A stretch of DNA of 64,000 nt from contig NIVC01001785.1 of NCBI GenBank assembly GCA_002269645.1, forward strand, positions 173,763-237,762, in the 5' to 3' direction. Under the pieces are notes generated by a model. The model made no database searches, was not told where the DNA came from, and saw nothing but the letters and a program-made list of their open reading frames with translations. Positions 1 through 13,094 of this stretch are shown piece after piece. The translations under genes and the position numbers were made by a program. The DNA comes from Macrostomum lignano (Eukaryota). How positions within the stretch are numbered: position 1 is the stretch's first letter; each line of letters starts with the position of its first letter.

Positions 1-146
1 CCGAGACCGCCGGCTCGCGTGCTGAGCAGGAATATGAAATAATCGGACTCTTTGTCGCTGAAGACCTGCAGCAGAGAGCCGCGATCCTCCGACTTGGTGG
101 TGCCGTCCAAGCGCAGATACTTGTAGCCCATGTAGTCGAAGTAGTC
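1..146 (-). CDS. brm: brahma/SMARCA2-4 exon (helicase C), truncated by the window edge
   Basis: Not in the ORF track. The reverse complement translates to [48 protein letters not shown]; acceptor CCCCAG|GAC. Confidence 0.95.
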
Positions 147-201
147 CTGGGGTTGGTGTGATGGGAATCAGTGCGCTCTTTGACGGTTTGAAGAATGAAA
201 C

Positions 202-523
202 AATAATAATAATAATAATAATAATAATTGATTACACCTGCCCTAATGGCCAGATGTGCAACCGACAGCTCAGCCGCAGCTATTGCCCGGCGCATCTGAA
301 GGCTGCGTACGGCTGTTCAGTCCAAGCACTGGGGGGGGGGTCGCCACACACATCCTCAATTACCCCAGCTAATGCTGGCACCCATTTTACAGCTGGGTGA
401 ACTGAAGCAATGCAGAGTTAAGTGTCTTGCTGAAGAACACAAAATTGTTCCGAATGGGTCGGGAATCGAACCCTCGACCTTCCAGTCGTGAGTCCGTCGC
501 TCTGACCACTAGGCTACCACCTC
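202..523 (-). mobile_element. tRNA-derived SINE in a brm intron
   Basis: Minus strand: A box GGTAGCCTAGTGG, B box GGTTCGATTCC, central CAAGACACTTAACT...CACCCAGCTGTAAAATGGGT segment, (ATT)n tail. Flanking direct repeat TTGAAG(A/G)ATGAAAC at 188-201 and 524-537. Confidence 0.85.
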
Positions 524-1275
524 TTGAAGGATGAAACAATAATAAATTTTTCGCAGTAGAGCTGTGGGTCGTTAGCGCAACGCCTTCAAGCTACATCGGT
601 CATACAACCAGCGCTCAGGCGATTTTGCCCATTCCGCTGACTCCTGAGTACAAGCGCGCCAATACTGTACGCAGGCACAACACTCCTACACACGCTCACA
701 CTGGATGTACAGCGGCCCTGTGACTTTCTAATCGTCAGGCATGTACACTGGCTGTGAATCGCACGACAACCACCCCCCGAGGCCAATCCGTCCCAAATGA
801 ATGTGAACGGTTGAGCAAATAATCAAAGCTATAAGTAAAAAGATTCTGGATATGGATGAAAACGGTACCCAGGCCGAGAAGCGTCCCAGAGTCACTTGTG
901 CACCCTTAGAGTCATTTCAGAGTTTTATTGTCTGCGACTCTGAAACGACAAATGACTCAGGGGCCGTTGAGTCGTATTTGAGGCGTGCCAGAGTCGCTGT
1001 AGAATCGTTGAGTTGTGTTTAACGCACTCTAACTAGCCTACTGAGTTAGTAGAAAGTTAAGCGCCCAACACAACGATTCTTGGACGACGACTCTTTCGCG
1101 ACTCTTTTACGATTCTACAACTCGCGTACTTTGAGTAATGAAAAAATCACAAAAGTTAACCCAGTGTCGCGCTATAGCCACTAGAACTATTTGCAACAAC
1201 TTTTTAGAGATTCTTGTCACGTTAACGTTTTCAAACGGGTAACCTCTAGGGCCTATAAATAGAGCTGAAAATTAC

Positions 1276-1527
1276 CTGCATAACGGTCATCAGCTGGGTC
1301 ATCTGGCAGAAGATCAACACCCGGTGGCCAGTGGCCCGAAGTTTCGGCAGTATTCGGTTCAGCAATTCGAACTTGCCAGATGATCTGTACAGATCTTCTC
1401 CGTTGACAGCCTGGTGGCCCTTGTGCTCAGTCATGGCGTCCTCGATGTGGGGGAACAGGAACGGATGATTGCAGATCTTGCGCAGCTGCATGATGGTGTT
1501 GTTCAGCGTCCTGACGCCGCCGTTGCC
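1276..1527 (-). CDS. brm: brahma/SMARCA2-4 exon (helicase C start)
   Basis: [16 protein letters not shown]...[31 protein letters not shown]; CAG|GGC acceptor, CAG|GTAATT donor; 252 nt. Confidence 0.97.
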
Positions 1528-1868
1528 CTGTGGAATATTGGGTTTATACAGCTGATAGTGATTATACAGGTCTACAGTCATCTATTAATAGACGAAATTT
1601 TGTCAGGTGTGGTTGGCAGACATCTTGATATCTTGATAATTAGTTCTAATGATGCGCCGAGAAATGATATATTGACAGACTAAGTAGTCTATTAATATTC
1701 TGAGCGATATTTTCAAAGATTCTGAGTAACTTATTGACAGATTCTGAGTGATCTGTTGACAGATTCTGAGTGACTTATTGAGAGATTCTAAGTGATTTAT
1801 TGACGGATTTTGGTGACACTTCAACGGTGTGCCGCTAGACTTCACAGATCAGAACCATAAACACTCAC

Positions 1869-2449
1869 CTTCTTGTCCTTCTCGGAGCCGGCGGTGAGTA
1901 TGACATTCCGCTGACTCATATGATGGTGCAGAGTCCGCTGCAGGGCGCTCATGTCGCACTTGATCACGTACTCAACCTTCTCGGGCAGCTGAGATTCCAC
2001 CTCTTTTTTGAGCCGGCGCAGCAGGAACGGCCGCAGGACTTTGTGCAATCGGCGAATAATGAGCAGAGTCTCCTCTTGGTTGAGCTCAACTTTCTCTGAG
2101 CTGGACAGAGCGAACGGGGCATTAAACCACTGCTCGAAGGTGGTCACAGACGAGAACACTGACGGCAGCAGGAAGTTCATGAGAGCCCAGAGTTCGGGCA
2201 GCTTGTTCTGCAACGGAGTGCCAGTCAGCAGCAGTCGGTAGGGCGCGGTGAAGTAGGTGTTGAGCACGCAGGTGAGCTTGCAGTGATGATTCTTCATCCG
2301 ATGGCCCTCGTCGATGATCATGTACTTCCATTTGATTTTAGTTAGCACGGACTTGTCCTTTATGATGTACTCGTAAGTAGTCAGTAGGACATTGAATTTT
2401 GCCGAGCGAAGCTCCGTCTGTTGCAGCTGGCGGCGCATCTGGGGCGAGC
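1869..2449 (-). CDS. brm: brahma/SMARCA2-4 exon (SNF2_N, DEGH box)
   Basis: [64 protein letters not shown]; splice phases match the neighbouring exons. Confidence 0.97.
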
Positions 2450-2579
2450 CTGGCGCGGATTTTGGGGCGATGTCAGTTATTTATTAATGATATTAGCGTA
2501 TCTCTACTTATGAGTAAAACTTGTCAAAAAACATTAAAACATAACTGTTGTATTTATTACAGACGATTCTTAGGGATTT

Positions 2580-3110
2580 AGGGTTTAGGATTTAGGGTTG
2601 ATCCTGAGGAGTTAGGGTTGATCTTGAGGAGTTAGGGCTGATCTTAAGGATGTAGAGGCGATTATCAAGGATTTAGGGCTGATCTTGAGGATTTAAGGCT
2701 GATCTTGAGGATTTAGAGGCGATTATCAAGGATTTAAAGCTGATCTTGAGGATTTAGAGGCGATTATCAAGGATTTAAGGCTGATCTTGAGGATTTAAGG
2801 CTGATCTTGAGGATTTAGAGGCGATTATCAAGGATTTAAAGCTGATCTTGAGGATTTAGAGGCGATTATCAATGATTTAGGGCTGACCTTGAGGATTTAC
2901 AGGCGATTATCAAGGATTCAGGGTTGATATTGAGGATTTACAGGCGATTATCAAGGATTCTGGGTTGATATTGAGGATTTACAGGCGATTATCAAGGATT
3001 TAGGGTTGATTTTGAGGATTTACAGGCGATTATCAAGGATTTAGGGTTGATTTTGAGGATTTAGAGGCGATTATCAAGGATTTATGGTTGATTTTGAGGA
3101 TTTATTAAAA
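2580..3110. repeat. Intronic minisatellite, alternating 21/20-bp units
   Basis: GGATTTAGAGGCGATTATCAA alternating with GGATTTAAGGCTGATCTTGA. Confidence 0.9.
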
Positions 3111-3183
3111 AAGTTCTGATTTTGCATTTTAGCTTCTGATCACAGCGCACAAGTGCACCAAAGCAAACAGCTCCCGGGCTCAC

Positions 3184-3784
3184 CTTTGTACAAGACTTTC
3201 TTAACAGACGGCGCCCATTTGTCGAACTCCAGCGACCAGTTAGACATGGTGGACAGCGGCACAATGATCAGATAGGGACCATTTTCTTTCTTCTTCTCCA
3301 TCAGATAGGTGATAAGAGCGATGGTCTGGATAGTCTTGCCTAGGCCCATCTCGTCGGCTAGGATGCCATTCAGGTTGTTATTATAAAGCGACACGAGCCA
3401 CTGCAGGCCTTTGAGCTGGTACTCTTTCAGCTTGCCGTTGACGAGAATGCTGGCCTGCTCTCGCACCCGCTCCTGGACGCTGTGCGCGCTGCCGTAGTAG
3501 CCCTGCTGCTGGTGATAATCGTCATCCTCGGTGCCTTTCACCGCGTCGTCAATTGCCTCGTCGTCTGACGAGTCTGTTGAATCGGCGTCGGCTGCGGCGG
3601 CGGCCGCGGCGGCCGTCTGCTGCTGGTGCTGATCCTCCAGCTCCTCTGGGCAGAGCACGCCGTCCTCGTTGACTGGGATCACCCACCACCCCGGATGATC
3701 TGCTAGCCAGGCCTCCAGATCGCGGGCTAGCGGCCCGTTGTCATCCGTAAGGCGCTCGCCGGTGCTGGGGTTCAGGACTGGCAC
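3184..3784 (-). CDS. brm: brahma/SMARCA2-4 exon (BRK domain + SNF2_N start)
   Basis: BRK-like [11 protein letters not shown]; [36 protein letters not shown] (Walker A); phase-1 donor G|GTGAGC. Confidence 0.97.
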
Positions 3785-3789
3785 CTGGG

Positions 3790-4830
3790 AATGGGATTCG
3801 GGATCATTGAAATGGGATTGGGAATTAGGGGCTTGAGATTATTGAAATGGGATAGGGGATTAGGGGGATTGGGATCATTGAAATGGGATTGGGGATTAGG
3901 GGCTTGAGATCATTGAAATGGGATTGGGGATTAGGGGCTTGAGATCATTGAAATGGGATAGGGGATTAGGGGGATTGGGATCATTTAAATATGATAGGGG
4001 ATTAGGGGGGGTTGAGATCATTGAAATGGTATAGGGATAAGGGGGATTGGGATCATTGAAATTTGATAAGGGATTGGGATCACTGAAATGGGATTGGGGA
4101 TTAGGGGGATTGGGATCATTGAAATGGGATAAGGGATTGGGATCATTGAAATGGGATAGGGGATTAGGGGGATTGGGATCATTGAAATGGGATAGGGGAT
4201 TAGGGGGATTGGGATCATTGAAATGGGATAGGGGATTAGGGGGATTGGGATCATTGAAATGGGATTGGGGATTAGGGGCTTGAGATTATTGAAATGGGAT
4301 AGGGGATTAGGGGGATTGGGATCATTGAAATGGGATTGGGGATTAGGGGCTTGAGATCATTGAAATGGGATTGGGAATTAGGGGCTTGAGATCATTGAAA
4401 TGGGATAGGGGATTAGGGGGATTGGGATCATTTAAATATGATAGGGGATTAGGGGGGGGGGTTGAGATCATTGAAATGGTATAGGGATAAGGGGGATTGG
4501 GATCATTGAAATTTGATAAGGGATTGGGATCACTGAAATGGGATTGGGGATTAGGGGGATTGGGATCATTGAAATGGGATAAGGGATTGGGATCATTGAA
4601 ATGGGATAGGGGAGTGGGGGATTCGGATCATTGAAATGGGATTGGGGATTAGGAGGGTTGGGATCATTGAAATGGGATTGGGGATTAGGAGGGTTGGGAT
4701 CATTGAAATGGGATTGGGGATTAGGAGGGTTGGGATCATTGAAATGGGATTGGGGATTAGGAGGGTTGGGATCATTGATATGGGATTGAGGGTTGGGAGG
4801 GTCGGGATCATTGGAGTGGGATTAAAGAAA
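3790..4830. repeat. Intronic G-rich minisatellite (36-bp unit, 27-bp variants)
   Basis: GGGATCATTGAAATGGGATAGGGGATTAGGGGGATT repeats; the ORFs here are repeat artefacts. Confidence 0.92.
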
Positions 4831-5033
4831 ACTTAGGGATTTACTAGACAGAAATATGGATATCTGGAATCAATGAAATAGGATTAACAGAGTCCATGGT
4901 GATCTGAGTTTTTAAATGCAACGGCAAATCAAATGTATAAAGATTGATGACCTCCACAGGGTTGCTAAATTGGAGGCAATAATTGGCCCTTTTCGGAATG
5001 GAGTTTCATGCATGAACAACCCGCCGCACTCAC

Positions 5034-5591
5034 CCTAACAGTCGGATCTTCTACAGCCCGTTCAAGCCAGGTCTTAGCTAGTCCGTCTTGAATCTCTCTC
5101 TGCCTCAATCGGCGCTCCTTATGACGCTGAGATTTCTGCTTTTTCTTGTGCACCTTGACTAGTTTAGACAGCTTAGCAGTGAACTGGTCAGTTTGCTCTA
5201 GCAGATAGTGCAGTCTCTGGTCCTTCTGCTTGTCAATTAGCTCCCTGTAGCCTTTCTCGTCCTCGGCCATCAGCCGGCGCATTCGTTCCCGTTCAATCCG
5301 GCGAGCCTCCCTCTCGGTGTTGGCGTGCCAGGCCATCACCAGCCGGTTGAGCTTAACCAATCGCGAATTAGCCAGCTTGTAGAACTCGCGCAGCTCTTTG
5401 CCGTGGGCCAGTACGGCATTGAGAAACTCTTGATGCTTCTGCTTTTGGCGCTTCTCCGCCTCCATCTGGCGGAGCAGCTCGGTGCGGACTGTGCCGCGAG
5501 CCTCGCGCAGGGCCACCTTTTTGGGCTTCTTGTAGGCGCGAGCGTTTAGCGCCGTGTCAAGACTGCTATCGCGGCGCGCGGTGCTGATCAC
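5034..5591 (-). CDS. brm: brahma/SMARCA2-4 exon (HSA domain)
   Basis: RRDSSLDTALNARAYK...WHANTERE...ERMRRLMAEDEKGYRELIDKQKDQRLHYLLEQTD; canonical splice sites; 558 nt. Confidence 0.96.
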
Positions 5592-5739
5592 CTGGGCGGG
5601 AGCGAATAGTATTACAGAATACAGGCTACTGATGAAGGGCAGTCTCTAAAGACTCAATAATACAGTGAGATGCCCCCCAGACAGTGACGAAACTACGAGT
5701 ACAAAAGTGACTAAACATGGTTGATTATCCTCCAAATAG

Positions 5740-6000
5740 CCAGTCCCACAGACAGTGAGTCCCACAGACAGTGACAGTACTACATACAATGACAGTCCCA
5801 CAGACAGTGACAGTACTACATACAATGACAGTCCCACAGACAGTGAGTCCTACAGTCAGTGACAGTCCTACAGACAGTGACAATCCCACAGACAGTCCTA
5901 CAGTCAGTGACAGTCCTACAGACAGTGACAGTCCCATAGACAGTGACAGTCCCACAGACAGTGACAGTCCTACACACAGTGACAGGAAAACCCCTTCAGA
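5740..6000. repeat. Intronic ~18-bp minisatellite
   Basis: CCCACAGACAGTGACAGT-type units. Confidence 0.85.
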
Positions 6001-6073
6001 CAATCCTACAGACGCGACCACGCAGTAACAGGCCTGCGAGCGTACAGATACTAGTAATAAGATGATGACTCAC

Positions 6074-6562
6074 CTCCTGTCGCAACTGACGCTGAAAATT
6101 AAGCAGACGCAAAGCTCGCAGCTCAATCTGCAGCCGAGTCCGAGCTTCCTCGCTAACCGAAGCGGACATCTGCTCCAATTCACCAATGCGACCAACTATG
6201 CGGCTTTGCATTCGAAGTTCGCGTTCTTTGAGCAGCTCAACAGGGTCCAGGCCTGGCGGGCGGTCCGTTGGCACGAGGCAGTGTACAACTGGCAGGGCAG
6301 GCTGCTGCTGTGTGATAGACACTGACTGAACTGGCAGCTGGTGCTGCTGAGATTGCTGAGTCACCGATTGTGTTGGCTGCTGGACAATTGTCTGCTGCTG
6401 CTGTTGCTGCTGCGGATGCGACAAAGCCAAGTGATGATGCTGAATCTGAACTGACTGATGATGCTGGAGCAGCGGCAGCGATACAGACACGGGTAGGTGG
6501 GTCGCCGTGGCAACGCCGCCGCCAGCTGCCCCGGTAGCGCCAGCTTGTTGGACAACGGCCAC
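6074..6562 (-). CDS. brm: brahma/SMARCA2-4 exon (Q-rich region and pre-HSA)
   Basis: [19 protein letters not shown]...[18 protein letters not shown] matches BRG1/BRM; CAG|GTG acceptor, GAG|GTGAGT donor; 489 nt in frame. Confidence 0.93.
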
Positions 6563-6639
6563 CTGTTAATTAGTAGTATGGGATGGTTTTCTATAGAATT
6601 TATAGTTAGGTCAAAAGTAGCATCACGGGACTTATGAAC

Positions 6640-7385
6640 CCACTACTGCCCTCTATTCCCGATCATTCAGGAGGTCACTAATGCCCTCTATTCCCGATCC
6701 TTCAACAGGTCACTACTGCCCTCTATTCCCAATCCTTCAGCAGGTCACTACTGCCCTCTATTCCCGATCCTTCAGCAGGTCGCTAATGCCCTCTATTCCC
6801 GATCCTTCAACAGGTCACTACTGCCCTCTATTCCCGATCCTTCAGCAGGTCACTACTGCCCTCTATTCCCGATCCTTCAGCAGGTTACTACTGCCCTCTA
6901 TTCCCGATCTTTCAGTAGGTCACTACTGCCCTCTATTCCCGATCTTTCAGTAGGTCACTACTGCCCTCTATTCCCGATCCTACAGTAGGTCACTACTGCC
7001 CTCTATTCCCGATCCTTCAACAGGTCACTACTGCCCTCAATTCCCGATCCTTCAGCAGGTCACTAATGCCCTCTATTCCCGATCCTTCAGCAGGTTACTA
7101 CTGCCCTCTATTCCCGATCCTTCAACAGGTCACTACTGCCCTCTACTCCCGATCCTTCAGCAGGTCACTACTGCCCTCTATTCCCGATCTTTCAGTAGGT
7201 CACTACTGCCCTCTATTCCCGATCCTTCAGTAGGTCACTACTGCCCTCTATTCCCGATCCTTCAGTAGGTCACTACTGCCCTCTATTCCCGATCCTTCAA
7301 CAGGTCACTACTGCCCTCTATTCCCGATCCTTCAACAGGTCACTACTGCCCTCTATTCCCGATCCTTCAGCAGGTCACTACTGCT
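6640..7385. repeat. Intronic 35-bp minisatellite (~21 copies)
   Basis: GGTCACTACTGCCCTCTATTCCCGATCCTTCAGCA tandem copies. Confidence 0.93.
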
Positions 7386-7428
7386 CTCAACTCTTGACAA
7401 GCCTACACTGCCCGCTCTTTTCCCGCAC

Positions 7429-7803
7429 CTTCGGCAGAGCGGACATGGACACAGTTACAGCAGACGGCTGCACAGCTGTAGACAAGCCAGCAGACAAAGC
7501 CACCACAGCCGTGCCAGGCAGTGCTGTGGCCATCACTTCAGACACAACAGTAGCCACAGGAGCCGACTGAATCTGGCTAGACTGGGCCAGTAGCTGAGCA
7601 ATATTCTCAGGCACAGGCCGAGTCAGCGAGCTGCCCATAGCCTGCGCTCTCAGCGCATCTGGTATCGGCTGATTCCGGCTCAAACTCTTGTAGGCATTGA
7701 TTTGAGCTCTCAGCTGGGACAGCTGTGCAGGTGAGAATGGCGATCCCTCCGGTTGCTGATTGACAGAAGACTGTGGCGCTATTGTTGCCATGCTGTGGGA
7801 CAT
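7429..7803 (-). CDS. brm: brahma/SMARCA2-4 ATPase, first coding exon seen (QLQ domain)
   Basis: PFSPAQLSQLRAQINAYKSLSRNQPIP matches the QLQ domain; donor AAG|GTGCGG at 7429 is phase 0. The start ATG (7803 or 7791) and any upstream exons are uncertain. Confidence 0.8.
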
Positions 7804-8610
7804 GCAGCAAAGTATGTTTTAAGCCTTAATCTATAGCAGAAGAATTTGATAAATTACCAGATTCAAATCATCAAATCATCCTTCTAGCATTGGTGGTCTC
7901 AAAACAATTTTACCAGCATAGCAACAAGATGGCATTGCTTATTAAAGGCCTATATTTAGCTAGGATTATTAGGATTAGTTCAAAAGATATAATGTGTAAT
8001 AGTATGTATGGCGACCCCTAGTCTTTCAGGACTGAACAACTATATGCAGACTTCAGATGTGCTATGCAATAGCTGCAGCTAAGCTATTGGTGCACATCTA
8101 CCCATTGGGGTAGGTATAATCAATTATTATTATTAGGCCTTAAACAAATAAAAAACCTATAGCATAGTCACTAAAAGTAGATAGGCATTTAAGACATTTT
8201 GCTAAGCAAATATTTAGACAAATTGTTTTTTGATAAACAAAAGTTTCTAGACTAAGATTACCATTTTTATAAGAATGCTTATGCCAATTGAAATTTTAGA
8301 TACAATACAACTTTTAACTAACTGTTTTAATTAGCATCATAAAATATTAGAAGAATTGGTCTAGCAGATAAGAAGTTAGATGTGATAATATGGCAAAATT
8401 TAAAGATTTTTAGGCCCCTATTATGATTTTGATTTTGGTTTTCTAAATTTCAGAATTTTTAAGTGCAAATTTTTATTTAAAAAATGTTGCTTTCTAAGTG
8501 GACTGATTTTTTGCTTGGAGTCTAGTTCCAATTTTTCGATTTAATAGGGCCTACTCTTAGAACTTCAATACTGTTTAGGCCTAATCTACACTCTCGAATC
8601 TGTTATATGG

Positions 8611-9065
8611 TACGCCAGAAAAAATGACCCCTTACGCCATAAATTTAAGTTTATGCCAGAAAAAAATTTTGTACATGATATATATGCCGGAATGAAATTG
8701 CAACGTTACGCCAAATTGAAACTCAAATTTTAGGTCCCTTTTCTTTTTGAGTAAAATTACCTTTTACTTTATTAAACACAAAAATCTGGAAATAAATAAA
8801 TAGTAACTGTTGTATAGTGTTTCTTGTTTTGTATTTTGTTTTAACATTTTGTTCATAAAAACATTTTTAAACGTTTTTTGTACGTCAATTGAATATACAA
8901 TACGTGAATACATCATTTTATATGTCTACTGCCACGCCAAACATATATGCCAGACACCGATACGCCGGCGCAGTGGCGCACAATTGGCATAGCTGTTGTG
9001 TTATGCCGGATGTTATACGCCAAGCATATTTTCAGGTCTACTGTACGCCAGAATTTTCTGGCGTA
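8611..9065. mobile_element. Putative MITE
   Basis: 12-bp perfect inverted repeat TACGCCAGAAAA (8611-8622) / TTTTCTGGCGTA (9054-9065) with many internal TACGCC/TATGCC motifs; no clear TSD. Confidence 0.4.
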
Positions 9066-11879
9066 TATATAAGATTTGGGAGTGGGGGCCTAATGATTAT
9101 GATTTTTAAAAGCTAGGCCTATTTTGTCATATTTTTGTAGACCTATAAATTGATCTAATTAGAAAATACACAATTGATAATATGCTATGGATATTGTACA
9201 TCAACATCTTGAAATTGAAATTTGAAAATGGTTGAACTTATAGTAATTAAAACATGTAAATTCACAAGAACTATGGTTTTTGCTAGCTAATATATTATGG
9301 CAATAACCATTTTGGTGATAGACTGAAAACCCATAGCAGCAACATAGACTAATAGGTTGTAATAAATAAATAAATAAATAAAATTAGGCCTTACAAATTA
9401 AAAATAAAACAAATAAAATTACTGTTTAGGCCTACTATGCTACAGGTGCATTCAGGTGGCTACAGGCAAGCAAGAGTGCTTTTTTATAAGCCTAGTTGAT
9501 TGCAAAAAATCAGCACAGATATAATTGCAGATGTAGCTAGTCAAAGCTATCTAGTCTTTATAGTTGACAGTATTGATACTATGTCATGTCACACCATTGT
9601 TGCAAGTCTTATGCTGCCATCGGGAGCACTGATTGCATTGCAATGCTTGTTGTCTGCTTTGGCAATCCTACACTTCCGTTTGGTAAATTATTTTCACATT
9701 TGAATTCGTACCACCGAGTCAAATGACGTTGATTGGCAATGTGTCTATGGCCAAAAGTTTGAGCAAATAGAGTTTAAAGGGGTGCAAACTATTCTAAACT
9801 AAACTATAGTCTAAACCATAGACTATTTGGCTTCTGACTGAGCCATAGATATTTTTTCCGGTCGGAAGCACACTGGTCCCTGTACAAAAGGAATGGGCAA
9901 CACGAACAGCATACATGCGCAACAGTCGGCCGAGTCGGCCGATCCGGCCGACCGATTTGGCAGCCAATCAAGGAAGTCGCAAAAATGCCCACCCGAAAAA
10001 ATACCAAAGTAGTATTACTAAGTAGCTGACGAGGCATTTTGACCTAATAAGACAGTCATAGTTACTCCTGCCGTTTACCCAAAGTTGCGTTAATTTTGCG
10101 TATGGTTTTTTTAATTACATGTAAGTCGCATTTTTGGCCAAAAACTACGTCGCATTTTTGTTAAAACTAAGTCGCATGGCCGACTGAATTTTGGAGGTTG
10201 CGCATGTATGACGAACAGTATAAGAAACGTTCTTTTTCCTAGCCCCAGTCAGTTCAAACAGAGAAGCTGATCCATCTCCTTACTTGTCTAGCTTTTTGAC
10301 AGTTTGTTTTATTGAGCTTCTCATATCTTCCTGTCTTCATTGCCATGGCTAGGCGACCTGCAGCACCCGGGTTCATCATCCCATTAAATGAGGTTCAAAA
10401 CACCGCCGAGCTACTCAATCTCAACATGTCGCTACGGGATCTGCACATCGTCACCCAGGACACCCTGTCTGCAATGCAGTGGTTTCAAATTCAAAATTCA
10501 AATGTCAAAATAATTTACCGAACGAAAGTGTAGGATTGCCTCTGCTTCTTTATGACAAAAAACACAATTAGACATGATTGTTAATAGAGGACTGACTGGC
10601 TGACCTACTTATATCGTATTGGACCTCACTTTAAGCTGCAATATAGGGCTACCCACAATGCAGATGGCTTGAAGATTGCATATGGGAATTTGTATATTAC
10701 ATAGGCCCTAGAATGGCTAGATTGTATTTGTCAATGAGAAATACTGATAGATCATTACATTAGGCCTAGTTACAATTTGTTTAGAAGTGCAAGCTGGGAA
10801 TTTGTATTTACATATTTGTACTTCTTAATGATACACAGAGAGATCATTACAATTCATTTATGAGCGCATATGGGCCAAAAGTCACGGAAAAAACGTAAAA
10901 TAGTGCCTAGGCCTATCGTAAAATTGAAATAGGTTCATTTCAATTGAACCAGAGAAAACCGAAATATACACTGCAAACTAGACAAAAAATGGAACACAAG
11001 AGTTTTTAACTATCTTAAAATGCGCAACGCGAGCCAACTTATGTTAGACGGAAGTTTGGGTAGAAAAATTTTTTGGTAGAAAAACCAAAGTGAGGACGCA
11101 ACTTAAAAAACCGATGTTTTGGAAAATTGAAATTTAGAGTAAATTAAGCCCATATAAACACAAATAAAGACCATATATGAGTAGAGTAGCAATTAAAGTG
11201 TGTTCTAGGACGTCGCACAAGCCAATTACAGGAACTTTCAGCAGCAGAAAAATATGAAAATTTCAGCAGACACTTCCTGTCCTGCTCATCTCATAGCAGT
11301 CGGGCTTCAAACACGGATAATGAAGTAAGCCCAACGGGAAGCTCTAATCCATAGATAATCAAAAATAGTATCCGTCTTTAGTATCTGTGCTCTAATCAGT
11401 GACGCGTCCAAGGGGGGCTAGGGGGGGGGGGCCTGGGCCCCCCCAATTAAGCCACGGGCCCCCCTGTGGCCCTCCCAATTAAGCCACGGGCCCCCCTGTG
11501 GCCCACCCCCACTTTCAGTTTTTTTTCACTTTGGATTTCCAAAAAATAGTTTGAAAAACCCATTTTTTTCTTTTTTGCAATTTTAATTTTAGAAACAATA
11601 GTTTTTATACGAGCACTTGTAAGCTGTTGAAACCTGTGGATCTTGAACCCGTGGAATTCCAATCCCCGGAATTATTTTCGCACATTCTAGAATTTGAAGT
11701 CATACTCAAACAAAAACTTGTTAATAGTTAGGATGGAGATGAACATAAAATGGAGTAAATTCGTGTAAAATTAAGATTTGAGGCAAGCATTGATCTCGTT
11801 GGCTGGGGTGCTGTGCAGAATATCAGGCAATGTTGATCTAAAACATGTATTGGAAAAGTCGGGAAAACTCTGACCTCTG

Positions 11880-12690
11880 TCTCTGCCTCTCTCTACATGT
11901 ACATCCCTCGGATCCTTTGAAACTTCTATCTTTGCTTCTGTTTCCTCTCTTTTCTCTCATCTTTCGTCTCTCCTGTCATCTCTTCTTTCCTAGCTCTTTC
12001 CTCTCTTCTCTCTCCCCTCTTCTTTTGTCTCTTCCCCACCTCTCTTCTCTCACGTCTTTTCTCATCTCTTCCCTGTTCTTTCCTCTCTCCTCTTTCCTCA
12101 CTTTTTTCTCTCTGCTCTCCTCTCTCCTCTTTCCCCTCTACTCTCGTCTCTTCCCTTTCCTCTCTTTTCTCTCCTCTCTTCTCTTCTCTCTCATCTCTCT
12201 CATCTCATATCTTCTCTCTTATTTCCTCTCTCCTCTCTCCTCTTACTTATCTCTCTGCTCTCCACTCCCCATCTCTCTTCTCTCTACTTTCTCCCCTCTC
12301 CATTCTCTTCTTTCCTCTCCCCTCTCTCCCCTGTTGTCGATTCTCTCCCCTCTTCTCTCTTTACTCCACTTCTTTCTCCCTTTGTATCTCTTCTCTGCTC
12401 TTACACATTTTTCTTCTCCCTACTCTCTCCTCTCGTCTCCATAATCTCTTCTCTGTCCTCTGTTCTCTCTACTCTCCCATCTCTTGTCTGTTTACTGTCG
12501 TCTCTGTTCTCTGTTCTCCCCTCTCTCTTCTGTCAACTTTAATCTCTTATATGTTCTCTCATGTCTTTCCCCTATACTCTTTTATTTCCCGTCTTTGACT
12601 CCTCTCTTTCCTTTCTCCTCTCTTCTCTTCTCTTGTCTCTTCTCTTCTCTCTCCACTCTCCTCTCTCTTCTCTTCTCTCTTTGGTAATTA
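11880..12690. repeat. ~800-bp polypyrimidine (CT-rich) low-complexity tract
   Basis: Almost purely C/T on the + strand; the ORFs here are compositional artefacts. Confidence 0.9.
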
Positions 12691-13094
12691 AAATGTACGT
12701 ATTTTTTTCTTAGAAACACGTCACTTTAAACAAGAAGTATACGTCTTTTTCGATACCGACTTATTTTAGCAAGGCTTCAAATTACGAGCGACTGATCTAG
12801 GGTATGTACTTTAATTTAAACTTAACATCCTGCACACATCTCTTTACACTATTGGGTGAAATGACGAAATGACTATTTGAAGAAAAGGCTTTTGACGAAG
12901 GGTTTCTTGACGAAATGTCCATCCGCCTTTCCATATTGCTTGTTCTGGTTGTAGATCACAGATCTAATTTCTAAAGTATAACTGTCACCTAAACTAGTAC
13001 TATAGAGTTGTAAGACACGGGCGTAGCCTATCGGGGAATTTCCCATTCACTTTCCGTTTTGTTTCGTCTTTACGACTCGTTCGGGTATCTATGT

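Noticed and set aside
430-523. tRNA gene (also 43916-43980)
   Set aside because: A and B boxes are present but there is no complete cloverleaf; these are a SINE head and a Helitron-internal fragment.
865-1240. Possible MITE in brm intron (internal inverted AGAGTCGC/TGTAGAATCGT motifs)
   Set aside because: Only short internal inverted matches; termini and TSD could not be defined.
2570-4830. Interstitial telomeric repeats (TTAGGG/TTTAGGG)
   Set aside because: Only isolated hexamers embedded in longer minisatellite units, not tandem telomeric arrays.
11397-12726. hAT-like element around the CT-rich tract (CAGTGACGCGTCCAAG...)
   Set aside because: The left end looks MITE-like, but the putative right TIR is weak and there is no TSD.
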